In this document: piece after piece, positions 16,908-28,039 of the stretch
Layout: the number at the start of each line of letters is the position of its first letter
Numbering within the stretch: position 1 is the stretch's first letter
IMG/VR virus record: IMGVR_UViG_3300037961_005913
Location: 1-37,532 of that record
From: a virus
Lineage: Duplodnaviria; Caudoviricetes
DNA length: 37,532 bases
Reading direction: 5' to 3' (one strand)
Notes under the pieces: generated by a model
Seen by the model: only the letters and a program-made list of their open reading frames with translations
Told to the model about the DNA's origin: nothing
The model's database searches: none
Made by a program: the position numbers and the translations under genes

Positions 16908-19900
16908 ATGCCTCTTAGCCGCTTAGATAATTTTCTCAAGAATGCCCGTGGCAACATCCTCTACGTCAATCCCAATGACTTAGACGCTACTGATAGCATT
17001 GAGAACCAAGGCAATTCCCTTGCGCGTCCTTTTAAAACTATTCAACGAGCTCTGATTGAGGCAGCTAGATTTTCGTATCAATCGGGACTTGATAACGATA
17101 GATTTAATAAAACAACAATCATGCTCTATCCTGGAGAGCATATTGTTGACAACCGTCCTGGATGGATTCCTGACGGTGAAGATAACTTCAGGTTGCGAGA
17201 TGGAACAACATCAGATAACTTTTCATCGTGGAGTTTAACGACTAACTATGATCTAACCACGACAGATAATGCACTCTACAAGATGAACTCTGTTCATGGT
17301 GGAGTTATTGTACCTCGTGGTACTTCTATTGTTGGTTTTGACTTAAGAAAGACAAAGATTCGTCCTAAGTATGTTCCTAATCCACAAAACGATTCTATTG
17401 AAAGAAGTGCTATCTTCAGAGTAACTGGTGGTTGTTACTTCTGGCAGTTCTCTATCTTTGATGGAGATCCTAATGGCACAGTATATAAAGACTACACCAC
17501 AGGTGTATTTGTACCAAACTTCTCCCACCATAAACTGACATGCTTTGAGTATGCAGATGGTGTCAACAATGTCAAAATTAGTGATGCTTTCATCAACAAC
17601 TTTGATGCAGCAAGAACTGACTTAGACATGTATTATGAAAAGGTTGGACTTGCTTACGGTCCTTCCTCTGGTAGAGAGATTGAACCTGATTATCCATCTT
17701 CTGGACTTGACATTCAACCCAAGATTGATGAATTCCGTATTGTCGGACCTCAAGGTGGTTCCATCGGTATTTCCAGTATCAAAGCAGGTGACGGTGTAGT
17801 TTCTACTGACACAATTACTGTCACACTTAATGAAGCACTGTTTGGTTTAGATGTTGATACTTCATTCCAAGTCGAAGGTATCTCTGATAGTGGATATGAT
17901 GGACAATTTGTTGTTAGTGATGTCATTACAACAGATTCTTCAGGGACAACAGTATTCAAATACAAAGTTTCTAACCCACCCACAGAACCTCTGCCTACTC
18001 CAACAGGTGCTGTCGTCAACTTACAGGTAGATACAGTAACCTCTGCATCTCCATACATCTTCAACATCTCTCAGAGATCTGTATTTGGTATGTGTGGACT
18101 TCTTGCTGATGGTAGCAAGGCAACAGGATTCAAGTCCATGGTTGTGGCACAGTTCACAGGTATTGGACTTCAAAAAGACAAGAATGCATTCGTCAAGTAT
18201 GATTCCACAAGTGGTGAATACAAAGACGCTACATTCACAGGAAACGAAAATATACAGACAGACTCTAGAGCAGTATACAAACCAGCATATTCAAACTTCC
18301 ACATCAAGTGTGAGAATGACTCTATTCTGCAGTTGGTTTCTATTTTTGCTATTGGTTATTCACAACACTTTGTAGTAGATACTGGTGGAGATCAGTCTCT
18401 CACAAACTCCAACTCTAACTTTGGTTCTAAAGCACTGAATGCTTTAGGTTTCAGAAAAGAATGTTATAAGAGAGATGATGTTGGTTATATTACTAACATT
18501 ATCCCACCAAAACAGATTGAGTCTACTGACATCACAGTTGAATTTAATGCAATTGATGTATACAAAACTGCTGTTGGCGTAGGTTCCACAAGCAGATTCT
18601 ATCTGTATAATGAAACTAACCAAGACGTTGCACCTAAGGAGACAATTCAGGGTTATAGAGTTGGTGCGAAACCAGATGATAAGATTAAAGTTCTCATCGC
18701 GGGGACAGAATATCAGGCACGTATTGTAATGCCAGATACTGAGTTGTCATCAACTCAGAATAGTTTTGAGAAAGTATTTGCTGTAGGTAGAGCATCTGGA
18801 ATCAATAGTATTACCTCCAATACGTTCACACTTACGTCAGATCATAATCTGATTGAAGGAGAGAGTCTTCGTGTCATTTCTGAAAATGGACATCTCCCTG
18901 ATGGTTTACGAGATAATAATCTTTATTTTGCGATTACTGATGGTGTTGGTGCAAACCAAATTAAGGTTGCAAAGACACTTAACGATGCTATCGAGGGTAA
19001 TCCTCTTACCATTAATAATAAAGGTGGTATCCTCAAGATTCAATCTAGAGTTTCGGATAAGAAGTCTGGAGACATTGGACACCCAATTCAGTATGACGTT
19101 AATGAATCTAACTGGTATCTGACTGTTGGTACGGCAGCAACAGATAATAATATCTACTCCACCTTGGTTGGACTGGGAACTACAGCGATTGGTTCGGCAA
19201 CTCCAAGAACATTTATCACTCGTACACCAGATACAAGAAACATTTCCGATACGATTTATCGTTTACGTTATGTTATCCCTGCTGGTTCAGGTATTACTTC
19301 CGCACGTCCTCCTCAAGATGGATTTGTCATTCAGGATTCTAGTGATGTAACTGGTGCTACTGATACTGAAGTTGCAAAATACTATAGTCCAAATAATGTA
19401 AGTCTCAGCAATGTAAGTGAACTTAGAAACTTCAAGTTCATTGCACATGCACATTGGAGTGGAAATGTCGCTAACATTCTGACTGAACTTCCACACAAAC
19501 TGAGAGCAGGTGCTGAAGTTAAAATTGACAATGTTACCAGTGCTAACAACCCATTAGGTGCAGGTAATTCTGGTTTCAATGGAACATTTGAAGTTGCTGG
19601 TATTACTAGCACTAGAGAGTTTACTGTCAATCTTACATCTACGGTAGGACCTGGAACATTTACAAACGATACAACTTCTAGAACTACGAGTCTGCCTACG
19701 TTCTCACAAAGCAGATATCCTGGAACTTATTCCATCTATAGAAGTCAAGAAGTTCAAGAATATCAAGCAGGTATTCAAGATGGTATCTATAACCTGATTG
19801 TTATTAATAGTTCCAATACACCTAATGTGGCACCATTTGCTACAGATAGATACGCTCAACCAATTCAGTTCCTCTATCCACAGACAAATAGAGATAATCC

Positions 19901-22835
19901 AACATCCAACCCAAGAGCATCGAAGACATTTGCTCTGCCTACTCCAATTGGACAGACTGTCATTGATGAACCTCAACATTCTCTTACCGGCGAAACATTA
20001 AAAGGATTCCAAAGAGATAGAAAGGCTGGATTTGGTATTACTGCAATTCAAAGTAACTCTGCAGGAACTGCACATACAATCTTCACTGACTTAGATCATG
20101 GATTGAATAGAGTTGTCAATGTAAGTATCGCAGAAAGTGGTGCTGGATATGGCAGTGGAAGTGCAGGATACATTTACAACGCTCAGTTAGTATCCGCTGG
20201 TGCTGCTACAACTCAAGGTGAGGGTGCAACAGCAAGAATTCAAATCAATGCTGCTGGTAATCTTGTGTCTGCCAAGATTATGCATGGTGGTTCCAACTAT
20301 GAAGTTGGAGAAAAACTTCAGATTGTTGGAGTTTCAACCAATGCTCCACATACTACAGGTATTGTAAGTGTAACTCAAATCTATAATAACATTGGTGATG
20401 TTCTTGAAGTTAGCGGTGTTGAACCATTTGCAAATAATGGATACAATACTCTTTATGAGGTAACTGGAGTTGCTACAGACTCTGCAAGAAGAATTACAGT
20501 CTCTTCTGCATCTACTATCGGTAATATTCCCGTGGGTGGTATTGGAGTTACAGATTCCTCTACTGCACTTGTTGAAATAACTGGACAATCCTTAGATGTA
20601 ACTGGATTCTCTTATAATGCAACAACTGGAATTGGTATCGTTACAACTGCACAGAGACATGGACTTCTCGTAGATAATCTTATCAAACTTGGAGGAGCAG
20701 ATGCTCCACTGTATAGAGGAGACTTCGTTGTCAAGAAGATTAACTCTCAGACATCATTCAATGTCAACATTGGTGTTAATACCATCGCACCTGGAACATC
20801 TGGAACTATTGTTGCATACAGATATGCATGTAATTCTCAGGGTGGTAACATTCTTCGTGAGGATGAGAATCTTGGTGGTAGACAAATCTTTGACTATGCA
20901 GGTATTACCACAACAATTTCTTCTGCAATTACTAATGCAGCATCGACAACAATCAACATCAGAGATCTTGAAAATGTTGATTTAAATATCGGTGACTATC
21001 TGATTGTTGATAAAGAAGTCATGAGAATCAGTGACACAGTATCTGGAACCAGTGCTGTCACTGTATTCAGAGGTGTATTTGGAACTCAAGCAACAACTCA
21101 CGCTGATGAATCTGTTGTCAGAAGAATTAGTTGCCATCCAGTTGAATTTAGAAGAAACTCTATCATTCGCGCTTCTGGACATACATTTGAATATCTTGGA
21201 TACGGTCCTGGTAACTATTCCACAGCACTTCCAAGTCGTCAAGATAGAACTCTGACTGCACAAGAAGAGTTGATTTCTCAGTCTACTAAGAAAGACGGTG
21301 GTATCAACGTCTACACTGGTATGAACGATCAGGGTGACTTCTACGTTGGTAACAAGAGAGTCAGTTCTTCTACTGGACAAGAAGAAGTATTTGATACTCC
21401 AGTTCCTTCTGTTACTGGTGAGGATATCAGAGTTGGAACTGAAGGTGGACTTAACATTGGATTTGATGTTCTCACTCCTCTTGAAGCAGTCATCAGTCGT
21501 TCGATTCGTGTTGAGGGTGGACAAGACGGCAATATCATTTCTGAATTTGACGGTCCTGTTATCTTTAACAACAAGATTACTTCAACATCCAGTGATGGAA
21601 TCGAGTCTGCATCCTTGTTCCTTCAGGGAGATCAAGGGGATGTCACAGTTTCTAGAAAGTTAACTGTCGGCATTTCAACTCCAACTCTTGCAGGTAACGT
21701 TGGTGATGTTGTATTCAATGCAAGTCCCAACAAAGCAGGATATGCTGGTTGGATTTACACTCAACAGAATGGTTGGTTTAGATTTGGTGCAATTAGTGAA
21801 ACTAACAACACACTTGATGGCATTTTCGAGAATGTTGGTATTGCAACCACCACATCTGGACTGAATACACTTCAAGTTGGTGCAGGAGCATCGCTCTTCG
21901 CTGTTGACGGAACTGGTGTTGGTATCGGAACCACAGCAAATAACTTCAAGATTCATGCCATTGGTGATGCTAGAATCACAGGAACATTAGATGTTGGTTC
22001 TGCTACTTCTATCGGAAGTGATGTTCGAGTCAGTGGAACTGTAACTGCAACTGCATTTGTTGGAGATGGTTCTGGACTGGAGAATCTTTCAAATGATACA
22101 TTATTCACACCAACCGCTGCAGGATTTGGTACAGGTATCTTCCCAACCAATAACCTTCGCGTTGGTATCGGTACAACAATTCCTAACTTCCCACTTGAAC
22201 TAGGAACCGCTGGAACTGGAACTACTGATTTGAAGGTTCATAATGTTGCTATCTTCGATGATTTTATCAGTGCTAATGATGTTCTGGTTGGTGGAGCACT
22301 TACTGCTACAACATACAGACTCGACAGCAGCACAAGTAACATCACCGCAGGTATTGTAACCGCATCCAACGTTACAGTAGGAACTGCACTTTCTACCTCA
22401 AGTGGTAATGTTGGACTAGGAACTGCTACACCAAGAGGCAAATTAGACATTGAAGGTGAAACAAGATTCAAGACATATTCTGAAAATCTTGAGACACTAG
22501 ATATTTCAAGTGGTGTTGTAAACATCGATTTGTCGAAGGGACAATCGTTCGACTTAACTCTTGATGAAGATGTAACTAGCTTCAAGTTACTAAATCCGCC
22601 TGATGATGTAACTGCCTTCACGATTAGAATTAGTCAGAATGCAACAGGCAATTTCTCCGTAGGAATTGCAACATTCACAAATGCATCTGACGCTGCAATC
22701 ACTGTTAAGTTTGCAGGTGGAGGAATTGTTCCTGGCATCACCACAGCAGCAAGTGCAACTGACATCTACTCATTCATGACATTTGATGGTGGTAGCACAC
22801 TCTTCGGAGTAACAGGAGGACAGAACTTCGCATGA
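16908..22835 (+). CDS. Large virion structural/tail fibre protein
   Basis: 1975 aa; N-terminal YV..NQGNSLARPFKTIQRAL, repeated TxxxHxL domains (TSDHNL, TELPHKL, TDLDHGL, TAQRHGL), VGIGTT fibre repeats, and C-terminal TDIYSF.TFDGG..GQNF. Confidence 0.85.
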   Translation: MPLSRLDNFLKNARGNILYVNPNDLDATDSIENQGNSLARPFKTIQRALIEAARFSYQSGLDNDRFNKTTIMLYPGEHIVDNRPGWIPDGEDNFRLRDGTTSDNFSSWSLTTNYDLTTTDNALYKMNSVHGGVIVPRGTSIVGFDLRKTKIRPKYVPNPQNDSIERSAIFRVTGGCYFWQFSIFDGDPNGTVYKDYTTGVFVPNFSHHKLTCFEYADGVNNVKISDAFINNFDAARTDLDMYYEKVGLAYGPSSGREIEPDYPSSGLDIQPKIDEFRIVGPQGGSIGISSIKAGDGVVSTDTITVTLNEALFGLDVDTSFQVEGISDSGYDGQFVVSDVITTDSSGTTVFKYKVSNPPTEPLPTPTGAVVNLQVDTVTSASPYIFNISQRSVFGMCGLLADGSKATGFKSMVVAQFTGIGLQKDKNAFVKYDSTSGEYKDATFTGNENIQTDSRAVYKPAYSNFHIKCENDSILQLVSIFAIGYSQHFVVDTGGDQSLTNSNSNFGSKALNALGFRKECYKRDDVGYITNIIPPKQIESTDITVEFNAIDVYKTAVGVGSTSRFYLYNETNQDVAPKETIQGYRVGAKPDDKIKVLIAGTEYQARIVMPDTELSSTQNSFEKVFAVGRASGINSITSNTFTLTSDHNLIEGESLRVISENGHLPDGLRDNNLYFAITDGVGANQIKVAKTLNDAIEGNPLTINNKGGILKIQSRVSDKKSGDIGHPIQYDVNESNWYLTVGTAATDNNIYSTLVGLGTTAIGSATPRTFITRTPDTRNISDTIYRLRYVIPAGSGITSARPPQDGFVIQDSSDVTGATDTEVAKYYSPNNVSLSNVSELRNFKFIAHAHWSGNVANILTELPHKLRAGAEVKIDNVTSANNPLGAGNSGFNGTFEVAGITSTREFTVNLTSTVGPGTFTNDTTSRTTSLPTFSQSRYPGTYSIYRSQEVQEYQAGIQDGIYNLIVINSSNTPNVAPFATDRYAQPIQFLYPQTNRDNPTSNPRASKTFALPTPIGQTVIDEPQHSLTGETLKGFQRDRKAGFGITAIQSNSAGTAHTIFTDLDHGLNRVVNVSIAESGAGYGSGSAGYIYNAQLVSAGAATTQGEGATARIQINAAGNLVSAKIMHGGSNYEVGEKLQIVGVSTNAPHTTGIVSVTQIYNNIGDVLEVSGVEPFANNGYNTLYEVTGVATDSARRITVSSASTIGNIPVGGIGVTDSSTALVEITGQSLDVTGFSYNATTGIGIVTTAQRHGLLVDNLIKLGGADAPLYRGDFVVKKINSQTSFNVNIGVNTIAPGTSGTIVAYRYACNSQGGNILREDENLGGRQIFDYAGITTTISSAITNAASTTINIRDLENVDLNIGDYLIVDKEVMRISDTVSGTSAVTVFRGVFGTQATTHADESVVRRISCHPVEFRRNSIIRASGHTFEYLGYGPGNYSTALPSRQDRTLTAQEELISQSTKKDGGINVYTGMNDQGDFYVGNKRVSSSTGQEEVFDTPVPSVTGEDIRVGTEGGLNIGFDVLTPLEAVISRSIRVEGGQDGNIISEFDGPVIFNNKITSTSSDGIESASLFLQGDQGDVTVSRKLTVGISTPTLAGNVGDVVFNASPNKAGYAGWIYTQQNGWFRFGAISETNNTLDGIFENVGIATTTSGLNTLQVGAGASLFAVDGTGVGIGTTANNFKIHAIGDARITGTLDVGSATSIGSDVRVSGTVTATAFVGDGSGLENLSNDTLFTPTAAGFGTGIFPTNNLRVGIGTTIPNFPLELGTAGTGTTDLKVHNVAIFDDFISANDVLVGGALTATTYRLDSSTSNITAGIVTASNVTVGTALSTSSGNVGLGTATPRGKLDIEGETRFKTYSENLETLDISSGVVNIDLSKGQSFDLTLDEDVTSFKLLNPPDDVTAFTIRISQNATGNFSVGIATFTNASDAAITVKFAGGGIVPGITTAASATDIYSFMTFDGGSTLFGVTGGQNFA

Positions 22836-24442
22836 TAGGATTTAAGGTATTCTCTAGTACACCTACTGATTTTGACTTAAACGGTCCGATTTTATCTTAT
22901 ACGGTTAGTCCATTCAGCACTTCCGTATGTGGTGTCGCCACATTTGTTGGCATTGCAACTGCAACGTTCCCAAATTCCACAGTTGGATTGGGAACAGTTG
23001 TTTATCAATGGTATGAAGTTGGAGAGGGAGCACTTTCTGATACTTCTACGGTGACAGGAACTGCCACAACTACACTAACACTAACATCTCTTGTCAGTCC
23101 AGATGATAATGGAAGACAATTCTTCCAAGAAATTACATATGCTCCATCTGGAACAACAGCAAGAGCACAGAATCAACCATTAACTTCTGATATATTAACA
23201 TTAAATAGAAAACCAGATATCAACATTCTTGTCAACCCAATTAGTGCGACTGCAATCACTAATGATGAGAGAACATTTACAGTAGCAGCAGAACCAACAA
23301 CAGATACAACAGATGTCATTGGTTATCAGTGGTTGTTGAACGGTGATGATGCTTCAGATGGCACAACAGGAACATTTACATTATCTGGAACAAACAATCC
23401 TGTTCTGACGATTGAATCTAGCGCAGTTGGATTGTCAACTGTACAATGTAGATTCTCTCTTGCTAATGCATGTGACTCTCCAAAACTTTCTACTGGTGCT
23501 ACTTTCACAGTAGTATCTCCTGATGATACTGATAGAAACGTTGTTGACTTTGAAATCACTGGAGACTTTGATACTACATTATATGATAGTGGAGAGCAAG
23601 ATCTTACAGATGGTGAATTGGCATTTGAAGCAGATTCTGATAACCCATCCAGAACTATTGTCATCTACTCTGAAGAAAAAGACTTGCCAGTTCAAATTAC
23701 ACTTAGAGGTGCTGCTGGTGCTACATTCGGTAGCAATGCTGGTGGAGAAGGTGGTGTCGCAGTATTCAAGAAGACATTACTTAGAAACGTAGAATATGCA
23801 ATCAAACTGAATCCATCTCAGTCACCATTCGCTGGAACTGGTGGTGGTGGAGGCGGAGCATTCTTCTATGAGAAGGCAGTTCTTCTTGCCGCATGTGGAG
23901 GCGGTGGTGGCGCATCTGCTGGTGGTAAAGGTGGTGATGGTGGCGGTGTTAGTGTCGCTGGTGAAGACGGACAAGGAAGAAATGCTGGACAGGGTGGTGC
24001 TCTGGTTCCAGATGGAACATTGGATAACATTGGTGAAAGTGTTGATGGAACACAAGGCGGACAAACTACAGCATGTACCATCGGTAGTTACTATGCAAAC
24101 ATTGGACTTTCTCCATGTGCTGATATTGGCACAGAAGTTCCATTTAGAAATAGAGATGGTTTCCAAACTGAAGGCACAGCACTTATCAATAGAGGATATA
24201 AACCAAATGGTGCAACTGAGAGAAACAATGGAGGAAATAGTTCCACAACTGATACTTCAGTAGCAACGCTCATCGGTGGTGGTGGTTCTGGTGCTGTTGG
24301 AGGTAATGCTTCTACTGCCGCAGATTCTTCTGGAGGTGGAGCAAGTGGATATTCCAATGGTGCAATTACAATCCTATCAACTAGATTGGGTGGAAACACA
24401 TCCACAGTTGCTTCAATCACAATCGAAGCAGTGACTCTCTGA
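22832..24442 (+). CDS. Fibre-associated protein with two Ig-like domains and a glycine-rich C-terminal domain
   Basis: Two YQW motifs (VVYQWY, IGYQWL); GGGGG-rich C-half; coupled to the previous gene by an ATGA overlap. Confidence 0.75.
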   Translation: MIGFKVFSSTPTDFDLNGPILSYTVSPFSTSVCGVATFVGIATATFPNSTVGLGTVVYQWYEVGEGALSDTSTVTGTATTTLTLTSLVSPDDNGRQFFQEITYAPSGTTARAQNQPLTSDILTLNRKPDINILVNPISATAITNDERTFTVAAEPTTDTTDVIGYQWLLNGDDASDGTTGTFTLSGTNNPVLTIESSAVGLSTVQCRFSLANACDSPKLSTGATFTVVSPDDTDRNVVDFEITGDFDTTLYDSGEQDLTDGELAFEADSDNPSRTIVIYSEEKDLPVQITLRGAAGATFGSNAGGEGGVAVFKKTLLRNVEYAIKLNPSQSPFAGTGGGGGGAFFYEKAVLLAACGGGGGASAGGKGGDGGGVSVAGEDGQGRNAGQGGALVPDGTLDNIGESVDGTQGGQTTACTIGSYYANIGLSPCADIGTEVPFRNRDGFQTEGTALINRGYKPNGATERNNGGNSSTTDTSVATLIGGGGSGAVGGNASTAADSSGGGASGYSNGAITILSTRLGGNTSTVASITIEAVTL

Positions 24443-24446
24443 GCGT

Positions 24447-24457
24447 CTAAATAAATA
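24447..24457 (+). promoter_or_regulatory. Late promoter-like (overlapping CTAAATA/AATAAATA)
   Basis: Intergenic, upstream of the fibre gene at 24490. Confidence 0.6.
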
Positions 24458-24489
24458 TATCAAAAGTTTTTGGGGGAGAGTGAACCCAA

Positions 24490-25842
24490 ATGGGCATCAA
24501 TAGAAATTTTGTAGTCAAGAATGGATTAGAGGTAAACTCTAATCAACTGGTAGTAAATGCAGATACTGGATTTATCGGTATCGCCAGTACAGGACCGAAT
24601 ACACAATTAGATGTTCGTGGTGGTATTGCCGCTACGGACTTAAACATTACTGGTGTAGCAACGATTGCTACATACAAGGCAACGATTGGTATTGCTACCA
24701 ATGCACTCCTTACTAATGCAGAAGTAACTGGTATTGGTACGGTAGAGACTCTGATTGCAGCAAACAATCGAGGAACTAATCTAAACATTACTGGTGTTGG
24801 TACGATTGGTTTCGGTGAAATCGCACACCTTGATGGTACAAACATCAACTATACTGGTGTTGGTACGATTGCCACACTGAATGGCGATCAGATTATTGCT
24901 GCAACTGCACTCAGAACTGCAAACTTAAATGCAACTGGTGTAACAACTATTTCTGACTTGACTGTTGAAGGAACAACAGTTGATAGTTTAACGGTTAATA
25001 ACTTCTCTAACCTTTCAGGTATCACCACGATTGACACTCTATTGAGTGATGTAATCAATGTATCTGGTGTCAGTACCGTAAGTTTAGTTGAATTTAGAAC
25101 GGGTATCATCACTCATTCAGATCCTGCTACTGGTATTGTCACATACTATGGTGATGGTTCTCAGTTGCAGTTCCTGCCTGGTGCATCTCCTGGCGGTTCT
25201 GATACACAGGTTCAATTTAACGCTGCTGGTGTCTTCTCTGGACACTCTGGATTTACTTACAACTATCAAACTGTAAGTATGTCCAGTTTGAATGTTTCAA
25301 CTGGAGCTACCTTTGCTGTTGTTAATGTCGGAACAGGAATTACATTAAACAATACTGGAATTAATGTAACAGGTATTGCGACTGTCAATGGATTTGAAGT
25401 TACTGGCGGAAGTTCTATCGGCGTTGACGTTAGAACAAGAAACTTAAATGTATCTGGCATTGCCACTGTTGGAACAGGACTTACATTATCTACAGACTTG
25501 ATTGATGGAGGCACAACTGTTAGAATTTTAGGAGAAAATCTAAGAGTTGCTGGTGTCGTTACTTGTCAAGATGTAGACTCCTTATCTGACATCAATTTCA
25601 AAGAAAATGTCAACACGGTAGATGGAGCACTTGATAAAGTAAGTGAACTTCGTGGTGTAAGTTTCAACTGGAAAGAATCTGGAGAACCCTCTTACGGTGT
25701 CATCGCTCAAGAATTAGAAAATGTTCTTCCTGAACTGGTTCATGGTGACGATCCTAAGAGAGTAAACTATAATGGTATTATCGGCGTCCTAATTGAAGCA
25801 ATCAAGGAATTGAAAGCAGAAGTTGAGGAGTTGAAAAAGTAA
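24490..25842 (+). CDS. Tail fibre protein with C-terminal intramolecular chaperone (peptidase S74)
   Basis: NFVVKNGLEV start, repeated NxTGVxT strands, SDINFKENV..GVIAQELE.VLPELV..VNYNG..LIEAIKEL. Confidence 0.88.
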   Translation: MGINRNFVVKNGLEVNSNQLVVNADTGFIGIASTGPNTQLDVRGGIAATDLNITGVATIATYKATIGIATNALLTNAEVTGIGTVETLIAANNRGTNLNITGVGTIGFGEIAHLDGTNINYTGVGTIATLNGDQIIAATALRTANLNATGVTTISDLTVEGTTVDSLTVNNFSNLSGITTIDTLLSDVINVSGVSTVSLVEFRTGIITHSDPATGIVTYYGDGSQLQFLPGASPGGSDTQVQFNAAGVFSGHSGFTYNYQTVSMSSLNVSTGATFAVVNVGTGITLNNTGINVTGIATVNGFEVTGGSSIGVDVRTRNLNVSGIATVGTGLTLSTDLIDGGTTVRILGENLRVAGVVTCQDVDSLSDINFKENVNTVDGALDKVSELRGVSFNWKESGEPSYGVIAQELENVLPELVHGDDPKRVNYNGIIGVLIEAIKELKAEVEELKK

Positions 25843-25870
25843 ACTAAATATTATACACACTGATTAAACT

Positions 25871-26533
25871 ATGTCTTTACAATCTCTCTGGTATTTTACC
25901 GGATTGCCTGATGATGTCGTCAATTCACTTTGTGATGATTTAGCTAGCACCCCAGAAAATTTATTCATTGATTCGCATATCAAAAAGGGTAACGTCAATG
26001 ATGGCACAGAAGGTGCTGGCAATGTAATGAATGCTGATAAAAGAAATTCTAAACACGCTTGGATTTCAACCAATCATTGGATTGGAGGATTTCTTTGGCA
26101 CTATATCATGAAAGCAAATAGGGAAAACTTTCTATACGATCTCACCAACATTGACGGTGAGTTCATGCAATACACAGTATATAATGAGGGTTGTTATTAC
26201 AAGTGGCATACTGACACAGATATTTCTACTTGGCGAACACCACAAACTCTTGATAAGGGCGAAGAAATAAAAAAGAATCATGTAGATGATTTTCTTGCAC
26301 AATCGGTAGAACAAACCAGAAAACTTTCTGGAGTTCTGCAACTGTCAGATCCTGAAGATTATGAGGGTGGTTCTGTTCAAATTATGGGAGGAGGTGGAAA
26401 CACATACTTCCTACCAAAGAGAAAAGGAACCCTGGCATTTTTTGATTCGAGAAGTATGCATAGAGTTCAACCAATCAAAAGTGGAGAACGTAGAAGTTTA
26501 GTATTCTGGGTAAACGGTCCGCGCTGGAGGTGA
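25871..26533 (+). CDS. 2OG-Fe(II) oxygenase (prolyl-hydroxylase/PKHD-like)
   Basis: QYTVY..YYKWHTD..RKLS..YEGG..HRVQP..RRSLVFW. Confidence 0.9.
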   Translation: MSLQSLWYFTGLPDDVVNSLCDDLASTPENLFIDSHIKKGNVNDGTEGAGNVMNADKRNSKHAWISTNHWIGGFLWHYIMKANRENFLYDLTNIDGEFMQYTVYNEGCYYKWHTDTDISTWRTPQTLDKGEEIKKNHVDDFLAQSVEQTRKLSGVLQLSDPEDYEGGSVQIMGGGGNTYFLPKRKGTLAFFDSRSMHRVQPIKSGERRSLVFWVNGPRWR

Positions 26534-26537
26534 CACT

Positions 26538-27287
26538 ATGATGAGACTTAAGCAGGCAGATGGTTGCAACAAACCTAAGCACGTCTATGATTATGGCGAA
26601 GAATTAAATTCAGGATTCTCTCTCACAAGAAATCCTGTATTTGATGAGTATGGATATTTAATTCTCAAAGATTTTATAGATGTCAGCGATTTGGTAGAAC
26701 TCCCCACAGAGGAAAGAGGACTTCGATATACTGATAAAGGCGAATTAAAAGAGAAACTTAAAGTAGAGAGACAGGTTGCAGGTTCTCTTGCCAGATATAA
26801 TCTATCTCAGAAATATAGTAAGATTTCAATCGAGATTAAGAATAAACTTCAAGAAATCATTGGCATGAAGTTACATGAAACTTATTGCTTTGATAGATTT
26901 TATTTTGTAGACAATTACTTACCGTATCATCTTGACAGAGAAGCGTGTGAGATTTCAGTAACTCTGCACATTTCGACAAATACACATAAACCATGGCATA
27001 TTGGAATTAAGTCGGCAAAGGGAGATTTTCAACTAGCAAACTTACATGCTGGTGATGCTATGGTATACAAAGGTATTGAACGTCCACATTGGAGAAATCC
27101 ATTAGAGTCGAGACATAGCAAAAGAAGACAATTGTGGCACAAATTGATTGGGAAGAAAGATGATACATACTATCACCAAGTATTTTTTCACTATGTGATG
27201 GATGATGGACACTATGTTCATTATGCAGGTGACAGTCAATTAACAAGTGAAGATGAGAGACAACCCAATCAATATTTGATTGACTGA
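26538..27287 (+). CDS. 2OG-Fe(II) oxygenase-like protein
   Basis: HLDREACEISVTL..GDAMVYKG..HWR..QVFFHYV. Confidence 0.82.
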   Translation: MMRLKQADGCNKPKHVYDYGEELNSGFSLTRNPVFDEYGYLILKDFIDVSDLVELPTEERGLRYTDKGELKEKLKVERQVAGSLARYNLSQKYSKISIEIKNKLQEIIGMKLHETYCFDRFYFVDNYLPYHLDREACEISVTLHISTNTHKPWHIGIKSAKGDFQLANLHAGDAMVYKGIERPHWRNPLESRHSKRRQLWHKLIGKKDDTYYHQVFFHYVMDDGHYVHYAGDSQLTSEDERQPNQYLID

Positions 27288-27294
27288 GAAATTT

Positions 27295-27302
27295 TATAAA
27301 TA
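27295..27302 (+). promoter_or_regulatory. T4-type late promoter
   Basis: Exact TATAAATA, intergenic. Confidence 0.82.
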
Positions 27303-27333
27303 ATAATATCTTAAGCCGAGTGGTGACGCGAAG

Positions 27334-27765
27334 ATGGCTATTAAAATTTCAGGAACAACTGTTATTGATGATAGCAGGAATCTTGTCAATATAAACACCG
27401 GTTTAGGGGTTGGAGTTAATTCCAACGGAACTTCCGTAGGAACCGGTGTAACTATTCTCAACTTTGTCGGTAGCGCGACAACGATGAGTCTTCACGATGG
27501 AACATTAAATATAAGTGCTGGAGGAGGCGGAGGCGGTGCGTTAGGTATTTCCTCTAACAGTTTCACTAGTTTTGTTGGTACTGCAGTAACTCACTTAAAT
27601 ATTATTGGTGCAGGTATTACGGCAGTCGGACTTACCACCATGGCAATTACTATTGACAGAACATTAACTGTCGGTAGACGCACTGGTGCAGTCGTACTTA
27701 ACCTTATCGGTTCTGGTTTAGAACTAGGACTGCAAGACGGTAGCACTGTCATTGTCCAATCATAA
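27334..27765 (+). CDS. Short tail-fibre-like protein
   Basis: MAIKISGTTVIDDSRN start; duplicated VGT.VT.LN.xG segments. Confidence 0.75.
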   Translation: MAIKISGTTVIDDSRNLVNINTGLGVGVNSNGTSVGTGVTILNFVGSATTMSLHDGTLNISAGGGGGGALGISSNSFTSFVGTAVTHLNIIGAGITAVGLTTMAITIDRTLTVGRRTGAVVLNLIGSGLELGLQDGSTVIVQS

Positions 27766-27768
27766 ATA
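27761..27768 (+). promoter_or_regulatory. Late promoter-like (CATAAATA)
   Basis: Overlaps the stop codon, 19 nt upstream of the next start. Confidence 0.5.
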
Positions 27769-27787
27769 AAACACTCAGTAAAGTCTC

Positions 27788-28027
27788 ATGCCTGAAAGAA
27801 TACCTCTAGCGTATAATGCTGACGCTAACCAAATTCAAGAACCCGCAACTACTGATGAACTGCGTATTGGTTTTACCACTGCTACAGTTTTCAGTAATCC
27901 TAATAGATTAGATGAGAATGTCTCTTTGGCAAACTCTCACTTTAACTATATGCATCTGGGTCCTATTACTGTTGGTGCTGGATACAGTATCACTGTTGGT
28001 GCTGGTGTTTCTTACGTCGTTATCTAA
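27788..28027 (+). CDS. Short fibre adaptor-like protein
   Basis: 79 aa ending GPITVGAGYSITVGAGVSYVVI, a C-terminal motif type common in marine phage fibres. Confidence 0.7.
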   Translation: MPERIPLAYNADANQIQEPATTDELRIGFTTATVFSNPNRLDENVSLANSHFNYMHLGPITVGAGYSITVGAGVSYVVI

Positions 28028-28039
28028 TAGGAGAAAGAA

